40,672 nucleotides of DNA from an uncultured Pseudorhodobacter sp. (GTDB lineage Bacteria > Pseudomonadota > Alphaproteobacteria > Rhodobacterales > Rhodobacteraceae). The stretch lies in assembly GCA_945957495.1 (NCBI GenBank), contig CAMFLG010000001.1:1-40672 (forward strand). Direction: 5' to 3'. The notes under the pieces were generated by a model that worked only from the letters and a program-made list of their open reading frames with translations, ran no database searches and was not told the origin of the DNA. The translations under genes and the position numbers were made by a program. Below are positions 1 to 9,044 of the stretch, piece after piece (positions within the stretch are counted from its first letter, which is position 1; each line of letters opens with the position of its first letter).

Positions 1-318
1 GTCGGAGAGTGTGTCGCGCATGGCTTCAAGATCCGTGATTTTGGCCTCAATTTGCTTGAGGTGATCTTTTGCGATTGCGCGCACATCGGCGCTGGCACGG
101 GATTTGTCTTCCCAAAGCGCAAGCAACGCGCGACAGTTGTCAATCGTAAAGCCCAAGGCGCGGGCGCGACCCAGAAACGCCAGTTTGTGCATGTCGCTGT
201 CGCGAAAAGCACGATAGCCATTGCCATCGCGCAGGGGTTTGATCAGGCCAATGTCTTCGTAGTAGCGAATGGTTTTGGCCGGAAGGCCCGAGCGGTTGGC
301 AACGTCTGAGATATTCAT
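1..318 (-). CDS. cueR: Cu(I)-responsive MerR-family regulator CueR (3' end runs off the window)
   Basis: Not in the ORF track. Manual translation from ATG at 318: MNISDVANRSGLPAKTIRYYEDIGLI...GYRAF...LAFLGRARALGF...RASADVRAIA. Ser in RASADV is typical of monovalent-metal MerR sensors. RBS AAGGAG; directly downstream of copA. Confidence 0.93.
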   Translation of the reverse strand, partial: MNISDVANRSGLPAKTIRYYEDIGLIKPLRDGNGYRAFRDSDMHKLAFLGRARALGFTIDNCRALLALWEDKSRASADVRAIAKDHLKQIEAKITDLEAMRDTLSD

Positions 319-329
319 CGGTCTCTCCT

Positions 330-2822
330 TCAGGCTGTCACTGTGTTCAGGGAGGCAGGCTGCATTGTCTGCCCCGCCCGATAAGCAGGTGCATTCACCC
401 GCCGCAGGCGCAGGGCGTTGGTCAGCACGAACACGCTAGAGATGGCCATCGCCCCTGCCGCTAGGGCGGGCGACAAAAGTGGTCCGCCAAACGGGTACAG
501 CGCCCCTGCCGCGACGGGGATCAGCACGACATTATAGCCAAAAGCCCAGAACAGGTTCTGGCGGATATTGCGAATCGTCGCGCGGCTGATGGCAAAGGCG
601 TTTACCACGGCCCCCAGATCGCCCGACATCAGCACGACATCCGCCACCTCGATCGCCACATCGGTGCCAGTACCAATCGCAATGCCCACGTCGGCGGCGG
701 CCAGTGCGGGCGCATCGTTGATGCCGTCGCCGACAAAAGCCACCGGGCCATGCACAGCCAAGGCCTTGATCGCGTCGACCTTGCCTGCGGGAAGCACCTC
801 GGCCACTACGTGGGCGATGCCTAGCTCAGCGGCGATTTTGTTTGCTGTTGCCTGATTGTCGCCAGTGATCATCACGACCCGCAAACCCAGTGCCTGCAAC
901 GCGGCAATCGCTGCTGGCGTAGTGGGTTTCACCGGATCGGCTACCCCAACTACCGCCGCCAACCTGCCATCCACCGCAAGATAGAGTGGCGTGCGTCCCC
1001 GTTGTGCCATCGCCAACGCGGGGTCTTTGTCCGGCAGTCCCACGCCTTCGCGGCGCATCAAGCGGTCTGCCCCCGCCAACAGCGCCTGCCGCCCCATCTT
1101 TGCGCTCACCCCAAAGCCGGGAATAGAGTCGAAATCGCTAACCTGCGGAACAGTCAAATTACGCTGCGTCGCCGCGCGCAGGATCGCGCTGGCGACAGGG
1201 TGTTCGGACTGCGCCTCGGCGGCGGCCAGCAGGGCCAGCACCTCGGCCTCGGCAAAGCCGTCCATCACCACAAGATCGGTCAGTTCCGGGCGACCAGCGG
1301 TCAAGGTTCCGGTCTTGTCCAGCGCCACCACTTTGACCGATTGCAGGCCTTGCAGCGCGTCGCCCTTGCGAAACAGCACTCCCAGTTCCGCCGCGCGCCC
1401 GGTGCCGACCATGATTGAGGTTGGCGTGGCCAGCCCCATCGCACAGGGGCAGGCAATGATCAGCACCGCCACCCCCGCCACCAGCGCATGCGCCAGGGCC
1501 GGGCTGGGCCCGAATGCCAGCCAAAGCGCCACCGTCACTGCCGCCAGCGCCATCACGGCGGGCACGAACCACAGGGTGATGCGGTCCACCAGCCCTTGGA
1601 TCGGCAGCTTTGCGCTTTGCGCCTGTTCCACCATGCGGATGATCTGCGACAACACGGTATCGGCGCCCACATGTGTCGCGCGCAGCACCAGCGCCCCGGT
1701 CCCGTTCACCGTGCCTCCGGTGACCAGCGCCCCTGCAGCCTTGGCGACAGGGGCCGGTTCACCCGTGATCATACTTTCATCGACATAAGATTGGCCGCTG
1801 ACCACCACACCATCCACCGCGATCCGCTCGCCGGGGCGGGTGTGGACCAAATCGGCGGTAATGATCTGATCCAGTGGCAGTTCCACCAAGTCGCCGTCGC
1901 GTTCAACCCGTGCGGATTTCGGGGCCAGCCCCACCAGACGCCGGATCGCCGCCCCAGTGCGGCCTTTGGCCCGCGCTTCCAACGTGCGGCCCAAAAGGAT
2001 CAACACCACGATCACCGCTGCCGCCTCGTAATAGACCGCCGCCGTGCCAGCGGGCAGCAGCCCCGGCGCAAAGGTGGCAACCACCGAAAACCCGTAAGCC
2101 GCCGTGGTGCCAAGGGCCACAAGGCTGTTCATGTCAGGGGCTGCGCGCAACAGGGCGGGATAGCCCTTCCGGTAAAACCCTTGCCCCGGCCAGACCAGCA
2201 CGATGGTGGTCAACACGAATTGCAAAACCCAACTGGTCTGCATGCCTATGGTGTTCGCGATCATCACGTGTATCGCTGGAAAAAGATGCCCGCCCATTTC
2301 TGCCACGAACACCGGCAGCGTCAGTGCCGCCGCAACCCACGTCATCCGCGCCAGTTTGGCGGCCTCGCGGTCCTTGCGGGTACCCTGATCCTCGTCACTG
2401 CGGGCGGCGATTTGCGCAGGATAGCCTGCCGCCACCGACACCGCGATCAGATCAGCGGGTGTCACTTGCCCCTGATAATAGCGAAGATGCGCGGTCTCGC
2501 TCGCCAGATTGACTCTGGCCGATACCACCCCCGGCACGGCGGCCAGCGCGCGCTCTACGCGGCCCACACAAGATGCGCAGGTCATGTCCTGCACCCGCAG
2601 GTCAAGGTCAGCCAACCGCGCGGGATAGCCAGCTCGGTCCAACACCTGTGCCAGATCACCGGCCCCGGTGTTGCCATCGGTCGTGATCCGTGCGGTTTCC
2701 GTGGCAAGATTAACCTCGGCCCCGGTAACGCCGCGTGCCGCCTTCAGCGCTCGCTCCACCCGACCCACACAGGACGCGCAGGTCATGCCCTCAACGGAAA
2801 GAGTGATGGTTTGAGCGGACAT
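330..2822 (-). CDS. copA: Cu(I)-exporting P1B-1 ATPase with two N-terminal HMA domains
   Basis: Two MTCASC motifs, TGE, CPC, DKTGT, SEHP, GDGIND, YN and MxxSS. Start moved to ATG 2822 (GAGG upstream). Confidence 0.95.
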   Translation of the reverse strand: MSAQTITLSVEGMTCASCVGRVERALKAARGVTGAEVNLATETARITTDGNTGAGDLAQVLDRAGYPARLADLDLRVQDMTCASCVGRVERALAAVPGVVSARVNLASETAHLRYYQGQVTPADLIAVSVAAGYPAQIAARSDEDQGTRKDREAAKLARMTWVAAALTLPVFVAEMGGHLFPAIHVMIANTIGMQTSWVLQFVLTTIVLVWPGQGFYRKGYPALLRAAPDMNSLVALGTTAAYGFSVVATFAPGLLPAGTAAVYYEAAAVIVVLILLGRTLEARAKGRTGAAIRRLVGLAPKSARVERDGDLVELPLDQIITADLVHTRPGERIAVDGVVVSGQSYVDESMITGEPAPVAKAAGALVTGGTVNGTGALVLRATHVGADTVLSQIIRMVEQAQSAKLPIQGLVDRITLWFVPAVMALAAVTVALWLAFGPSPALAHALVAGVAVLIIACPCAMGLATPTSIMVGTGRAAELGVLFRKGDALQGLQSVKVVALDKTGTLTAGRPELTDLVVMDGFAEAEVLALLAAAEAQSEHPVASAILRAATQRNLTVPQVSDFDSIPGFGVSAKMGRQALLAGADRLMRREGVGLPDKDPALAMAQRGRTPLYLAVDGRLAAVVGVADPVKPTTPAAIAALQALGLRVVMITGDNQATANKIAAELGIAHVVAEVLPAGKVDAIKALAVHGPVAFVGDGINDAPALAAADVGIAIGTGTDVAIEVADVVLMSGDLGAVVNAFAISRATIRNIRQNLFWAFGYNVVLIPVAAGALYPFGGPLLSPALAAGAMAISSVFVLTNALRLRRVNAPAYRAGQTMQPASLNTVTA

Positions 2823-2859
2823 GGCGGGCCTCACTTTGTTTGGACCCGCCATACATGGG

Positions 2860-2883
2860 GGTTCCTGCTACTGGAAGGTCAAG
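2860..2883 (-). promoter_or_regulatory. CueR-type promoter/operator for copA-cueR
   Basis: Minus strand TTGACC overlapping ACCTTCC-AGTAGCA-GGAACCC (CueR-like dyad), with a long MerR-type spacer. Confidence 0.8.
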
Positions 2884-2908
2884 CCCTGAAGAATAATTTT
2901 CTTCCCCC

Positions 2909-2939
2909 TTGACCTTCCAGTGCTGGAAACCCTCACTTT
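2909..2939 (+). promoter_or_regulatory. CueR-type promoter/operator for copZ
   Basis: TTGACC-19 bp-CACTTT with the dyad TTCCAG-TG-CTGGAA in the spacer. Confidence 0.8.
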
Positions 2940-2963
2940 GATCCAACAAGATGGAGAACCCCA

Positions 2964-3161
2964 ATGACCAGACTTTCAATTCCGGACATGAGCTGCGGAC
3001 ACTGCAAAGCGACCGTGGAAAAAACTGTGACAGGCCTGGACCCGACGGCGAAAGTGGCCGTCGATCTGGCCACGCGCCATGTTGACGTGACCAGCGCAAG
3101 TACCACCGAAGCTCTGATCGCCGCGCTTAAAGGCGCCGGATTTGAGGCTGCGGTCGCCTAA
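2964..3161 (+). CDS. copZ: Copper chaperone (single HMA domain)
   Basis: 65 aa, MSCGHC motif, GGAG RBS, divergent from copA. Confidence 0.93.
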   Translation: MTRLSIPDMSCGHCKATVEKTVTGLDPTAKVAVDLATRHVDVTSASTTEALIAALKGAGFEAAVA

Positions 3162-3207
3162 GACGCAGCCAGCGGGTGCCGGCTGCGACACTCGGTGGCC
3201 TTTGAAC

Positions 3208-3235
3208 CCTGCCTGCCTTGGTTGAGGCAGGCAGG
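3208..3235. terminator. Hairpin between convergent genes, likely terminator
   Basis: CCTGCCTGCCT-TGGTTG-AGGCAGGCAGG, 11-bp perfect stem; no clear U-tract. Confidence 0.55.
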
Positions 3236-3250
3236 CCAATGGCCCATAGA

Positions 3251-3535
3251 TCACATTTTCATGTGCATGCTATCCATCAGCGTCATTTCTGGCATCCCTT
3301 CGCAGCCAGCCATGATTTTCATCATCGCTTCGTCGTCAGAGATTTCGCCAAGCATGGATGCCGCCATCGGATCGACCTTGAACGCCTTGGTCGCAGTCAT
3401 CATCGCGTCGGCATCCAAAGCCAGATAATCCTTGCAAGTCATTTTTGCCGCATCGGTAGTGTCCTGAGCCATAGCATGGGTTGCAAACACCATGGCGATC
3501 ATACCAAATGCCAGGGCTGCTTTAGTTGACTTCAT
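3251..3535 (-). CDS. Small periplasmic Met-rich HdeA/HdeB-like protein
   Basis: Sec signal ending AMA; KMTCKDYLALD plus a second C-x3-P near the C-terminus resemble the HdeA/B pattern; AAAGGA RBS. Confidence 0.65.
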   Translation of the reverse strand: MKSTKAALAFGMIAMVFATHAMAQDTTDAAKMTCKDYLALDADAMMTATKAFKVDPMAASMLGEISDDEAMMKIMAGCEGMPEMTLMDSMHMKM

Positions 3536-3708
3536 CTCATTGTCCTTTCGTTATTCCGCACCCCAATGGTGCAGGCCAGAGTCTTCTGGTGGTTTGGTCC
3601 TGGCCGCCCAATCTGCCGGTCAGGCCATTGGGTTTTGCGGCAGGAAAATTCGTACAGGCGCGACTGATCAGTGCGCGGCAAGTGCCATGCAACACCTGTC
3701 CAAAGCCG

Positions 3709-5649
3709 CTATGCATGGCTTACTGGCCCGCTGTTGTCGGGAGGCAGGATCAAGCTGCTCAACCGCTGCAACTCCGTGCCGATCCTGCCGCGCTGATCGG
3801 CAGGATAAGCGTCAATGGGCGGCAATCCTTTGTTCAGATAAAACAGCACCAGATCCCGCGCGATCGGGGCAGCTGCCGTTGAACCACCGCCACCATGTTC
3901 CACAAGTACAGAAACGGCAATTTCTGGTTTGTCGAAGGGGGCGAAAGCGGTGAACAGCGCATGGTCCCGTCGTTTCCAAGGCAGTTCCGCTTGGGTGCGC
4001 ACACCGTCCGCGCGCTCGGCGGCCGTTATGCTGAACACTTGGCTGGAGCCCGTCTTGCCCGCCATGAACTGCCCTTCGGTCACAATCCGAGAGGCCTTTG
4101 CCGTCCCCCGATCCGAATTTACGACTTCAAACATGCCTTGATGAACTAAAGCCAAAGACGCCGTTGAAATGCCCAAGGAGTCGGCCAACGGATCAGCGTC
4201 ATCAGCCTGCGGTTTCAAGATGCGCGGAACGATGGCTCGGCCAGAGGCAATCCGCGCGGCCATGATGGCAAGCTGCATCGGGGTAGCCAGCACAAAGCCC
4301 TGCCCGATTGAGGTGTTGATCGTATCGCCGATCAACCATTCGTTTCCCTGCTTCTCCTGTTTCCACGCGCGGGACGGATTGACCCCGGCCGACATGCCTG
4401 AAAACGGCAAATCGGGGCGCTGGCCAAGACCAAGCCGGGCATTCATCGCGTTCAGACCTTCAATGCCAACGCGCTGCGCCATTTCGTAAAAGAACACATC
4501 GCAGGATTCCCGCAGCGCACCCTGCAGGTTCACCCGCCCGTGGCCGCCCTTTTTCCAGCAGTGAAACTTGCGGCCTGCGATCTCGACAAAACCGGGGCAA
4601 CTGACTGTTTCTTCTGGTGTCACGCTGCCCGCTTCAAGCGCAGCGAGCGCGAGCGCCATCTTGACTGTCGAACCAGGCGGATAGGCGCCTTGCACAGTCT
4701 TGTCGGCCAAAGGGCGATACTCGGAGTCTCGCAGCGCGCCATAGTCACGTGACGATATTCCATTCACGAACAGATTCGGGTCAAACGAGGGGGCGGAAAC
4801 TGACGCCAAGATGTCGCCACTACGAACGTCTATGACAACCGCAGCGGCGCTCTGATCACCTAGCCGCGCGAGGGCGAAGTTTTGCAGATGATGATCAAGC
4901 GTCAGGTGGAGCTCTTCGCCCGTCGTCGGTGCCGTTCGTTCAAGATCGCGCAAAATGCGGCCTGTGGCGTTGACCTCAACTGCCAGCGTGCCCTGAACCC
5001 CACGCAATTCGTTTTCAAACGCCTTTTCAATGCTGATTTTGCCGATCTTGAATCCTGGCAGCGACAGCAAAGTGTCTTCGGTACCGGCCTCTTCAAGGTC
5101 ATTCGCGCTGACACGCCCGACATAGCCGATGGTATGCGCAAAGTCGGGGCCAAACGGGTAAGTTCGTTGCAGAACCGTATCGAGGTTTACGCCAGGCAAG
5201 GCTGGCGCGTTGACGGCAACCCGCGAAAGGGTTTCCCACGTGATGTCTTCGGCAACCGTAAGGGGCACAAAGGCGCTGGTCTTCTCACTTGTTTTCAGGA
5301 TTTCGGCAATTTCGTCATCGGTGATTGGCAAGATGAACTGGAGCCTTCTGAGTATAAGGGCCAAGTCCCCTGCCCGTTCACGCACAATCGACACCTGATA
5401 CGTTGGCCGGTTAGCCGCCAGGACATCGCCGAACCGATCAAGGATCCGCCCACGTGCCGGGCTGATCGGTTGCACGCTGATCCGGTTTTCCTCCGCCAGC
5501 AGACGGTATTGCTCGGCGTCCCTGATTTGCATCTGGCGCATGCGTAATCCCAACACACCCATGAAAGCGGCTTGGGCACCGCCCAATACGAATATTCGCC
5601 TCGTCAGCCTTTTCTGGGTTTCTTCCCCAGCCCTTGCAGAACGGCGCAT
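3709..5649 (-). CDS. mrdA: Penicillin-binding protein 2 (class B DD-transpeptidase), accessory paralog
   Basis: N-terminal TM, RGRILDR, RTYPFG, SxxK (STVK), SCD, KTG. ATG overlaps the upstream stop (TGATG). Confidence 0.92.
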   Translation of the reverse strand: MRRSARAGEETQKRLTRRIFVLGGAQAAFMGVLGLRMRQMQIRDAEQYRLLAEENRISVQPISPARGRILDRFGDVLAANRPTYQVSIVRERAGDLALILRRLQFILPITDDEIAEILKTSEKTSAFVPLTVAEDITWETLSRVAVNAPALPGVNLDTVLQRTYPFGPDFAHTIGYVGRVSANDLEEAGTEDTLLSLPGFKIGKISIEKAFENELRGVQGTLAVEVNATGRILRDLERTAPTTGEELHLTLDHHLQNFALARLGDQSAAAVVIDVRSGDILASVSAPSFDPNLFVNGISSRDYGALRDSEYRPLADKTVQGAYPPGSTVKMALALAALEAGSVTPEETVSCPGFVEIAGRKFHCWKKGGHGRVNLQGALRESCDVFFYEMAQRVGIEGLNAMNARLGLGQRPDLPFSGMSAGVNPSRAWKQEKQGNEWLIGDTINTSIGQGFVLATPMQLAIMAARIASGRAIVPRILKPQADDADPLADSLGISTASLALVHQGMFEVVNSDRGTAKASRIVTEGQFMAGKTGSSQVFSITAAERADGVRTQAELPWKRRDHALFTAFAPFDKPEIAVSVLVEHGGGGSTAAAPIARDLVLFYLNKGLPPIDAYPADQRGRIGTELQRLSSLILPPDNSGPVSHA

Positions 5650-6119
5650 CAAATATTCCCCAAACCAGCCACATCAGGCGACAAGAGCCGCCGCTTGCGC
5701 CATTCGGTGCGGATCGCGACGAGCAGCAAGACTAAGCCAACTGCGGTAAATGCTGGGCGGATTGGGTCGAACCAGCGCATCAGAGCTTGGCTCCCGAAAA
5801 GAATCATCAGGATTTTGTTGCAGGTGGGGCACGCAATCCCGAGGAAGGACGCGACACTGCCCAGCCCGGCCTTCCTGGTCGAACAGTTTGGTTGCCGGAT
5901 CGCCGTGAACACGCCCACGAGGCTGGCAAAGGCGATAAGTGAGGGGAGTTCCCATCCTTCAATAGGTGCCATCCTCGTGAAGAACGGATTCCACCAGACG
6001 GCCGTGACTGTTTCCATTGCCGCAAAGCTGAAAGTTGCGAACAGGATACCGCGTATGATCCTGTGGGGATCGTGACGGGCAACATGCGCGGCAATCTTGT
6101 TGGTAAGGCCCATGTCCAT
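5649..6119 (-). CDS. Hypothetical membrane protein with CxxC motif
   Basis: About four hydrophobic segments, GIACPTCNKIL motif; tightly packed in the operon. Confidence 0.75.
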   Translation of the reverse strand: MDMGLTNKIAAHVARHDPHRIIRGILFATFSFAAMETVTAVWWNPFFTRMAPIEGWELPSLIAFASLVGVFTAIRQPNCSTRKAGLGSVASFLGIACPTCNKILMILFGSQALMRWFDPIRPAFTAVGLVLLLVAIRTEWRKRRLLSPDVAGLGNI

Positions 6120-6122
6120 CGC

Positions 6123-6551
6123 CTACTCCGCCGCAAAAAGGACTTCGGCGAACTCATCGCCGTATCCAACGTTCATGATCCACATACCCGCCATGGGGAT
6201 TTTGCCTTTGCTTCGCCAAGCGCCGGGGCCAACCAGTTCCAGCGGTTGGTCGAACCCGTCCATATGCATGGTGGTCATGGAGAGAACCACGTCAGGCGGC
6301 ATGCTGGACGGGATGTTCGACGTCGGGTCAGGTGAAAACTGAACTTCAATCCGATAATTTAGATCACCTGTCATGTAGACTTGGGCCTCAATCAGGCCAT
6401 CTGAAAGTTGCTCTGAAAGGATCGCAGCCGGTTGGTCTGCTGTGGAGTCAGTTTCAGCTTCTGGGCCAGAGCGCAGCGCACCCCAAGCGAACAAGGCCAT
6501 GAGCACAAGCATCGGAAGCCCAAAAAGGGCGCTGGCTATTTTCACAATCAT
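6123..6551 (-). CDS. Membrane-anchored YtkA/FixH-like protein
   Basis: N-terminal TM; C-terminal LSMTTMHM...GAW...PMAGMW pattern; ATGA overlap with the upstream gene. Confidence 0.65.
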   Translation of the reverse strand: MIVKIASALFGLPMLVLMALFAWGALRSGPEAETDSTADQPAAILSEQLSDGLIEAQVYMTGDLNYRIEVQFSPDPTSNIPSSMPPDVVLSMTTMHMDGFDQPLELVGPGAWRSKGKIPMAGMWIMNVGYGDEFAEVLFAAE

Positions 6552-7525
6552 TCCATGACCATCCCCGGTGTATGGACCATTCCGGTCATCCCAGCGTCCG
6601 CGACAGGCGTTTCGGCCGCGTTCGCCGCCGGTAACTTGCCGTCTATTTCCAAAAGGTAAGTCGCGATTGCCTCACGGTCGGCCTCCTCCATAAACGAGGT
6701 TCCGGCCTGCACCACTTCTGCCATACCGCCGCCGAACACATCTCCGTCGGGCATCACCCCGGTGCGCAGGGCGTAGGCCATGTTGGCGACAGTCCAGCCT
6801 TTGGCCACAAGGTCCGCCGCCAAGATCGGTGGTGCTTTGCTGCCATCCGGCAGAGTATCGTTACCCGCCAGCGCTTCGCTGTCTTTCAAACCGCCCAGCA
6901 TGTTTCGCCCGGTGTGACACGCCGCACAATGAGCTGGCCCGGTCACCAATTGCTTACCCCGGTTCCAGGCCGCACTTTGCCCCATCACGGGCGAGATTTT
7001 CGCGGGCTTCATATAGGCCGCGCGCCAAAGTTTCAGACCCCAACGCAGATTGAACGGAAAGCTGACATCGCTTTCTGCGGCTGCCACCGGAACTGGTGGT
7101 ACGATCTGAATGGCTGCCCAAAGATCGGCCACATCCTGATCAGAGAAATCGGCAAAAAACTCATACGGGAACGCGGGATAATATGCTTTTCCATCCGGCC
7201 GCACACCTTGCCGCAAAGCAACCGCGAACTGATCCAACGACCAGTTGCCAATCCCGCCGTCAGGATCTGGGGTGATATTCGGCGGCACAAAGCTTCCAAA
7301 AGGCGTATCCAGCGGCGCTCCGCCCGCAAGGGCAGCCCCCCCTGAGGTTGCGTTAGTGTGGCATGCGATGCAACCAGAGGACCGGGCGAGGTAGGCTCCT
7401 CGATAGGCGTCGCCCGCCATCATACCCAGATGCACCGGTTCGGCGATCGGCCATTTTGCGATGATGGCAATGCCGACAAGTCCAACCGTGCCAACGGCAA
7501 CAGCCGTGCGAATGAGCCCACGCAT
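6548..7525 (-). CDS. Diheme c-type cytochrome
   Basis: CIACH and CAACH, PNITPD and YPAFPY motifs of the dehydrogenase cytochrome c subunit type. Start moved to ATG 7525, 1 nt after the upstream stop. Confidence 0.88.
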   Translation of the reverse strand: MRGLIRTAVAVGTVGLVGIAIIAKWPIAEPVHLGMMAGDAYRGAYLARSSGCIACHTNATSGGAALAGGAPLDTPFGSFVPPNITPDPDGGIGNWSLDQFAVALRQGVRPDGKAYYPAFPYEFFADFSDQDVADLWAAIQIVPPVPVAAAESDVSFPFNLRWGLKLWRAAYMKPAKISPVMGQSAAWNRGKQLVTGPAHCAACHTGRNMLGGLKDSEALAGNDTLPDGSKAPPILAADLVAKGWTVANMAYALRTGVMPDGDVFGGGMAEVVQAGTSFMEEADREAIATYLLEIDGKLPAANAAETPVADAGMTGMVHTPGMVME

Positions 7526-7526
7526 G

Positions 7527-8189
7527 TCAGTTGCCCTTTCGGTAAAGGGAGTGGCAGGACGCACAGGTCTGGCTGATCTTCTCGAACACGACGTTCGCAG
7601 CCGTTACTTCAAAGTCGATACCGGTGAATTGACCCTTCGCGGTTGGCGCATCAGGCGTGGCTGCGGTCAGATCCGAGCGCGCAACGAGGCCCATCAGTTC
7701 TTCGGTTGTGAATGTGGTAACCGGACTCTTTGCGGGCATTGTGGCCGCATCCATGTCCGCCATTCCGGACATGGATGCGGCAGGTAAGGCAGGCGGCGCG
7801 ATGAGAGCAGGCGCCTCAAGTCCATTGACCGCCGAAATATCCAATCCTTCGGCATAAATCCGTAAATCCTCGGAAAGGGCCTCAAACCGAGCCCAGTCGC
7901 TCCAGATCTCAGGCTTGGCATAAGACGTTGCCGGGATCGGCTCCTCGGGAAACAGTCCTGTCAAGTTACCGCTCGCATGGCTTTGCAGAACAGCTGCTGC
8001 ATCGCGCACGGCCTGTTCGTCATAGGGGATCTGCCCCTGCATCATTGGAGCCAGACCCTTCATGACATCCCGCATCGCGGACATGCCCATCATGCGTTCC
8101 ATCACAACGCCCGTGGCCCCGTTATGCGCCAATGCCGCTGCCCCAAGCGACGATAGGGCTATTACGCCCAGTATTTTGTTTTTGAACAT
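7527..8189 (-). CDS. Cytochrome c'/c556-like protein with Met-rich insertion
   Basis: Signal peptide, AHNGATGVVMERM, AKPEIWSDW, C-terminal CASCH; about 80-aa low-complexity insertion. Confidence 0.85.
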   Translation of the reverse strand: MFKNKILGVIALSSLGAAALAHNGATGVVMERMMGMSAMRDVMKGLAPMMQGQIPYDEQAVRDAAAVLQSHASGNLTGLFPEEPIPATSYAKPEIWSDWARFEALSEDLRIYAEGLDISAVNGLEAPALIAPPALPAASMSGMADMDAATMPAKSPVTTFTTEELMGLVARSDLTAATPDAPTAKGQFTGIDFEVTAANVVFEKISQTCASCHSLYRKGN

Positions 8190-8198
8190 TCTTCACCT

Positions 8199-8250
8199 GT
8201 CTGATTGCTGTCTTGCTCGGGCTGAAAGCCCGATCGGAACAACATCAGAC
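8199..8250 (-). promoter_or_regulatory. mRNA stem-loop linking the leader stop codon to the downstream RBS
   Basis: GUCUGAU (contains the stop) pairs with AUCAGAC immediately 5' of the SD AGGUGA; GUUGU/ACAGC middle stem; inner hairpin UCGGGCU-UUC-AGCCCGA. Confidence 0.7.
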
Positions 8251-8574
8251 GCGGGGAGGCGGCGTATCAGACGCAGGGTGGAAGGCAGTCAAAAGGGCTG
8301 CCTGTGGCGGCAGGAAGCGCAGTCGAAGCGCAGACTGTGCGGTCATGACCGACACATCCGATGGCATCACGAACACCGAGCATGATGCGTAAGAGTGGCA
8401 ATTTGCCGGAGTTTGCATCTGCGCTGCGGCTGCAACCACAAAGGTTTGATGCGGCGCTTCATGGGTTTCGGCAACCGGTACCGTCGACAGAACAAGTGTC
8501 AAAATCACCAGAAGGGCTGACAGCAGGCTGCCAACCTTTCGGATAAGACACAAGATCTGGCCGACACCGCGCAT
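8245..8574 (-). CDS. CutF/DUF2946-like exported leader protein 1
   Basis: 109 aa from ATG 8574 (TGATG overlap); hydrophobic N-terminus, CHSYASC, C-terminal DTPPPRV. Confidence 0.72.
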   Translation of the reverse strand: MRGVGQILCLIRKVGSLLSALLVILTLVLSTVPVAETHEAPHQTFVVAAAAQMQTPANCHSYASCSVFVMPSDVSVMTAQSALRLRFLPPQAALLTAFHPASDTPPPRV

Positions 8575-9044
8575 CACATGATCCCATTTTCGCGCTGCAG
8601 TTCACGGACGTATAGGATGATCGACGCGATTTCGCCATCGGTCAGTTTTTGTTCAACGGGCAGCATCGACCCGAACGACCAGTGGTGCTGACGGGCGCCA
8701 TCCCGCACGGCAACAAGGAAAGCCGCATCTCCATGATGCGAGGGCTCGTAAATCTTGTGAACCAGTGGCGGTGCGATCCCATCCTGGCCAGCGGCGTTTG
8801 CCCCGTGGCACGATGCACAAACGGCATCAAAATAGGTCTTTCCAGCTGCGGCCTTAGCAGAGAGCGCTGCTGGCAACCGGACTTCGACCATGGCGTCCCC
8901 CGTCTTCATAGACGTGGTTTCAAGGGTTTGCACCGCCGAGCCAACAGGCGCGAATCGCGAAAAAAGCAAGAACGCAGCCCCCAAACAGGCAACGGCCAAC
9001 AAAATCCGCCATGTTTTCTTGACCTTCATGCCTGCCCTGCCCAT
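8574..9044 (-). CDS. Monoheme c-type cytochrome
   Basis: N-terminal TM, CASCH, APPLVHKIYEPSHHGD, HHWSFGSM. Start may be the second Met. Confidence 0.88.
   Translation of the reverse strand: MGRAGMKVKKTWRILLAVACLGAAFLLFSRFAPVGSAVQTLETTSMKTGDAMVEVRLPAALSAKAAAGKTYFDAVCASCHGANAAGQDGIAPPLVHKIYEPSHHGDAAFLVAVRDGARQHHWSFGSMLPVEQKLTDGEIASIILYVRELQRENGIM

Noticed and set aside
52-309. 85-aa plus-strand ORF
   Set aside because: Antisense to the clear cueR frame.
1488-2912. 474-aa plus-strand ORF and similar long antisense ORFs (20776-21831, 25634-26770, 30083-31210, 14522-15565)
   Set aside because: Shadow frames of well-supported genes in GC-rich DNA; no motifs, Arg/His/Gln- or Ser/Ala/Pro-biased composition.
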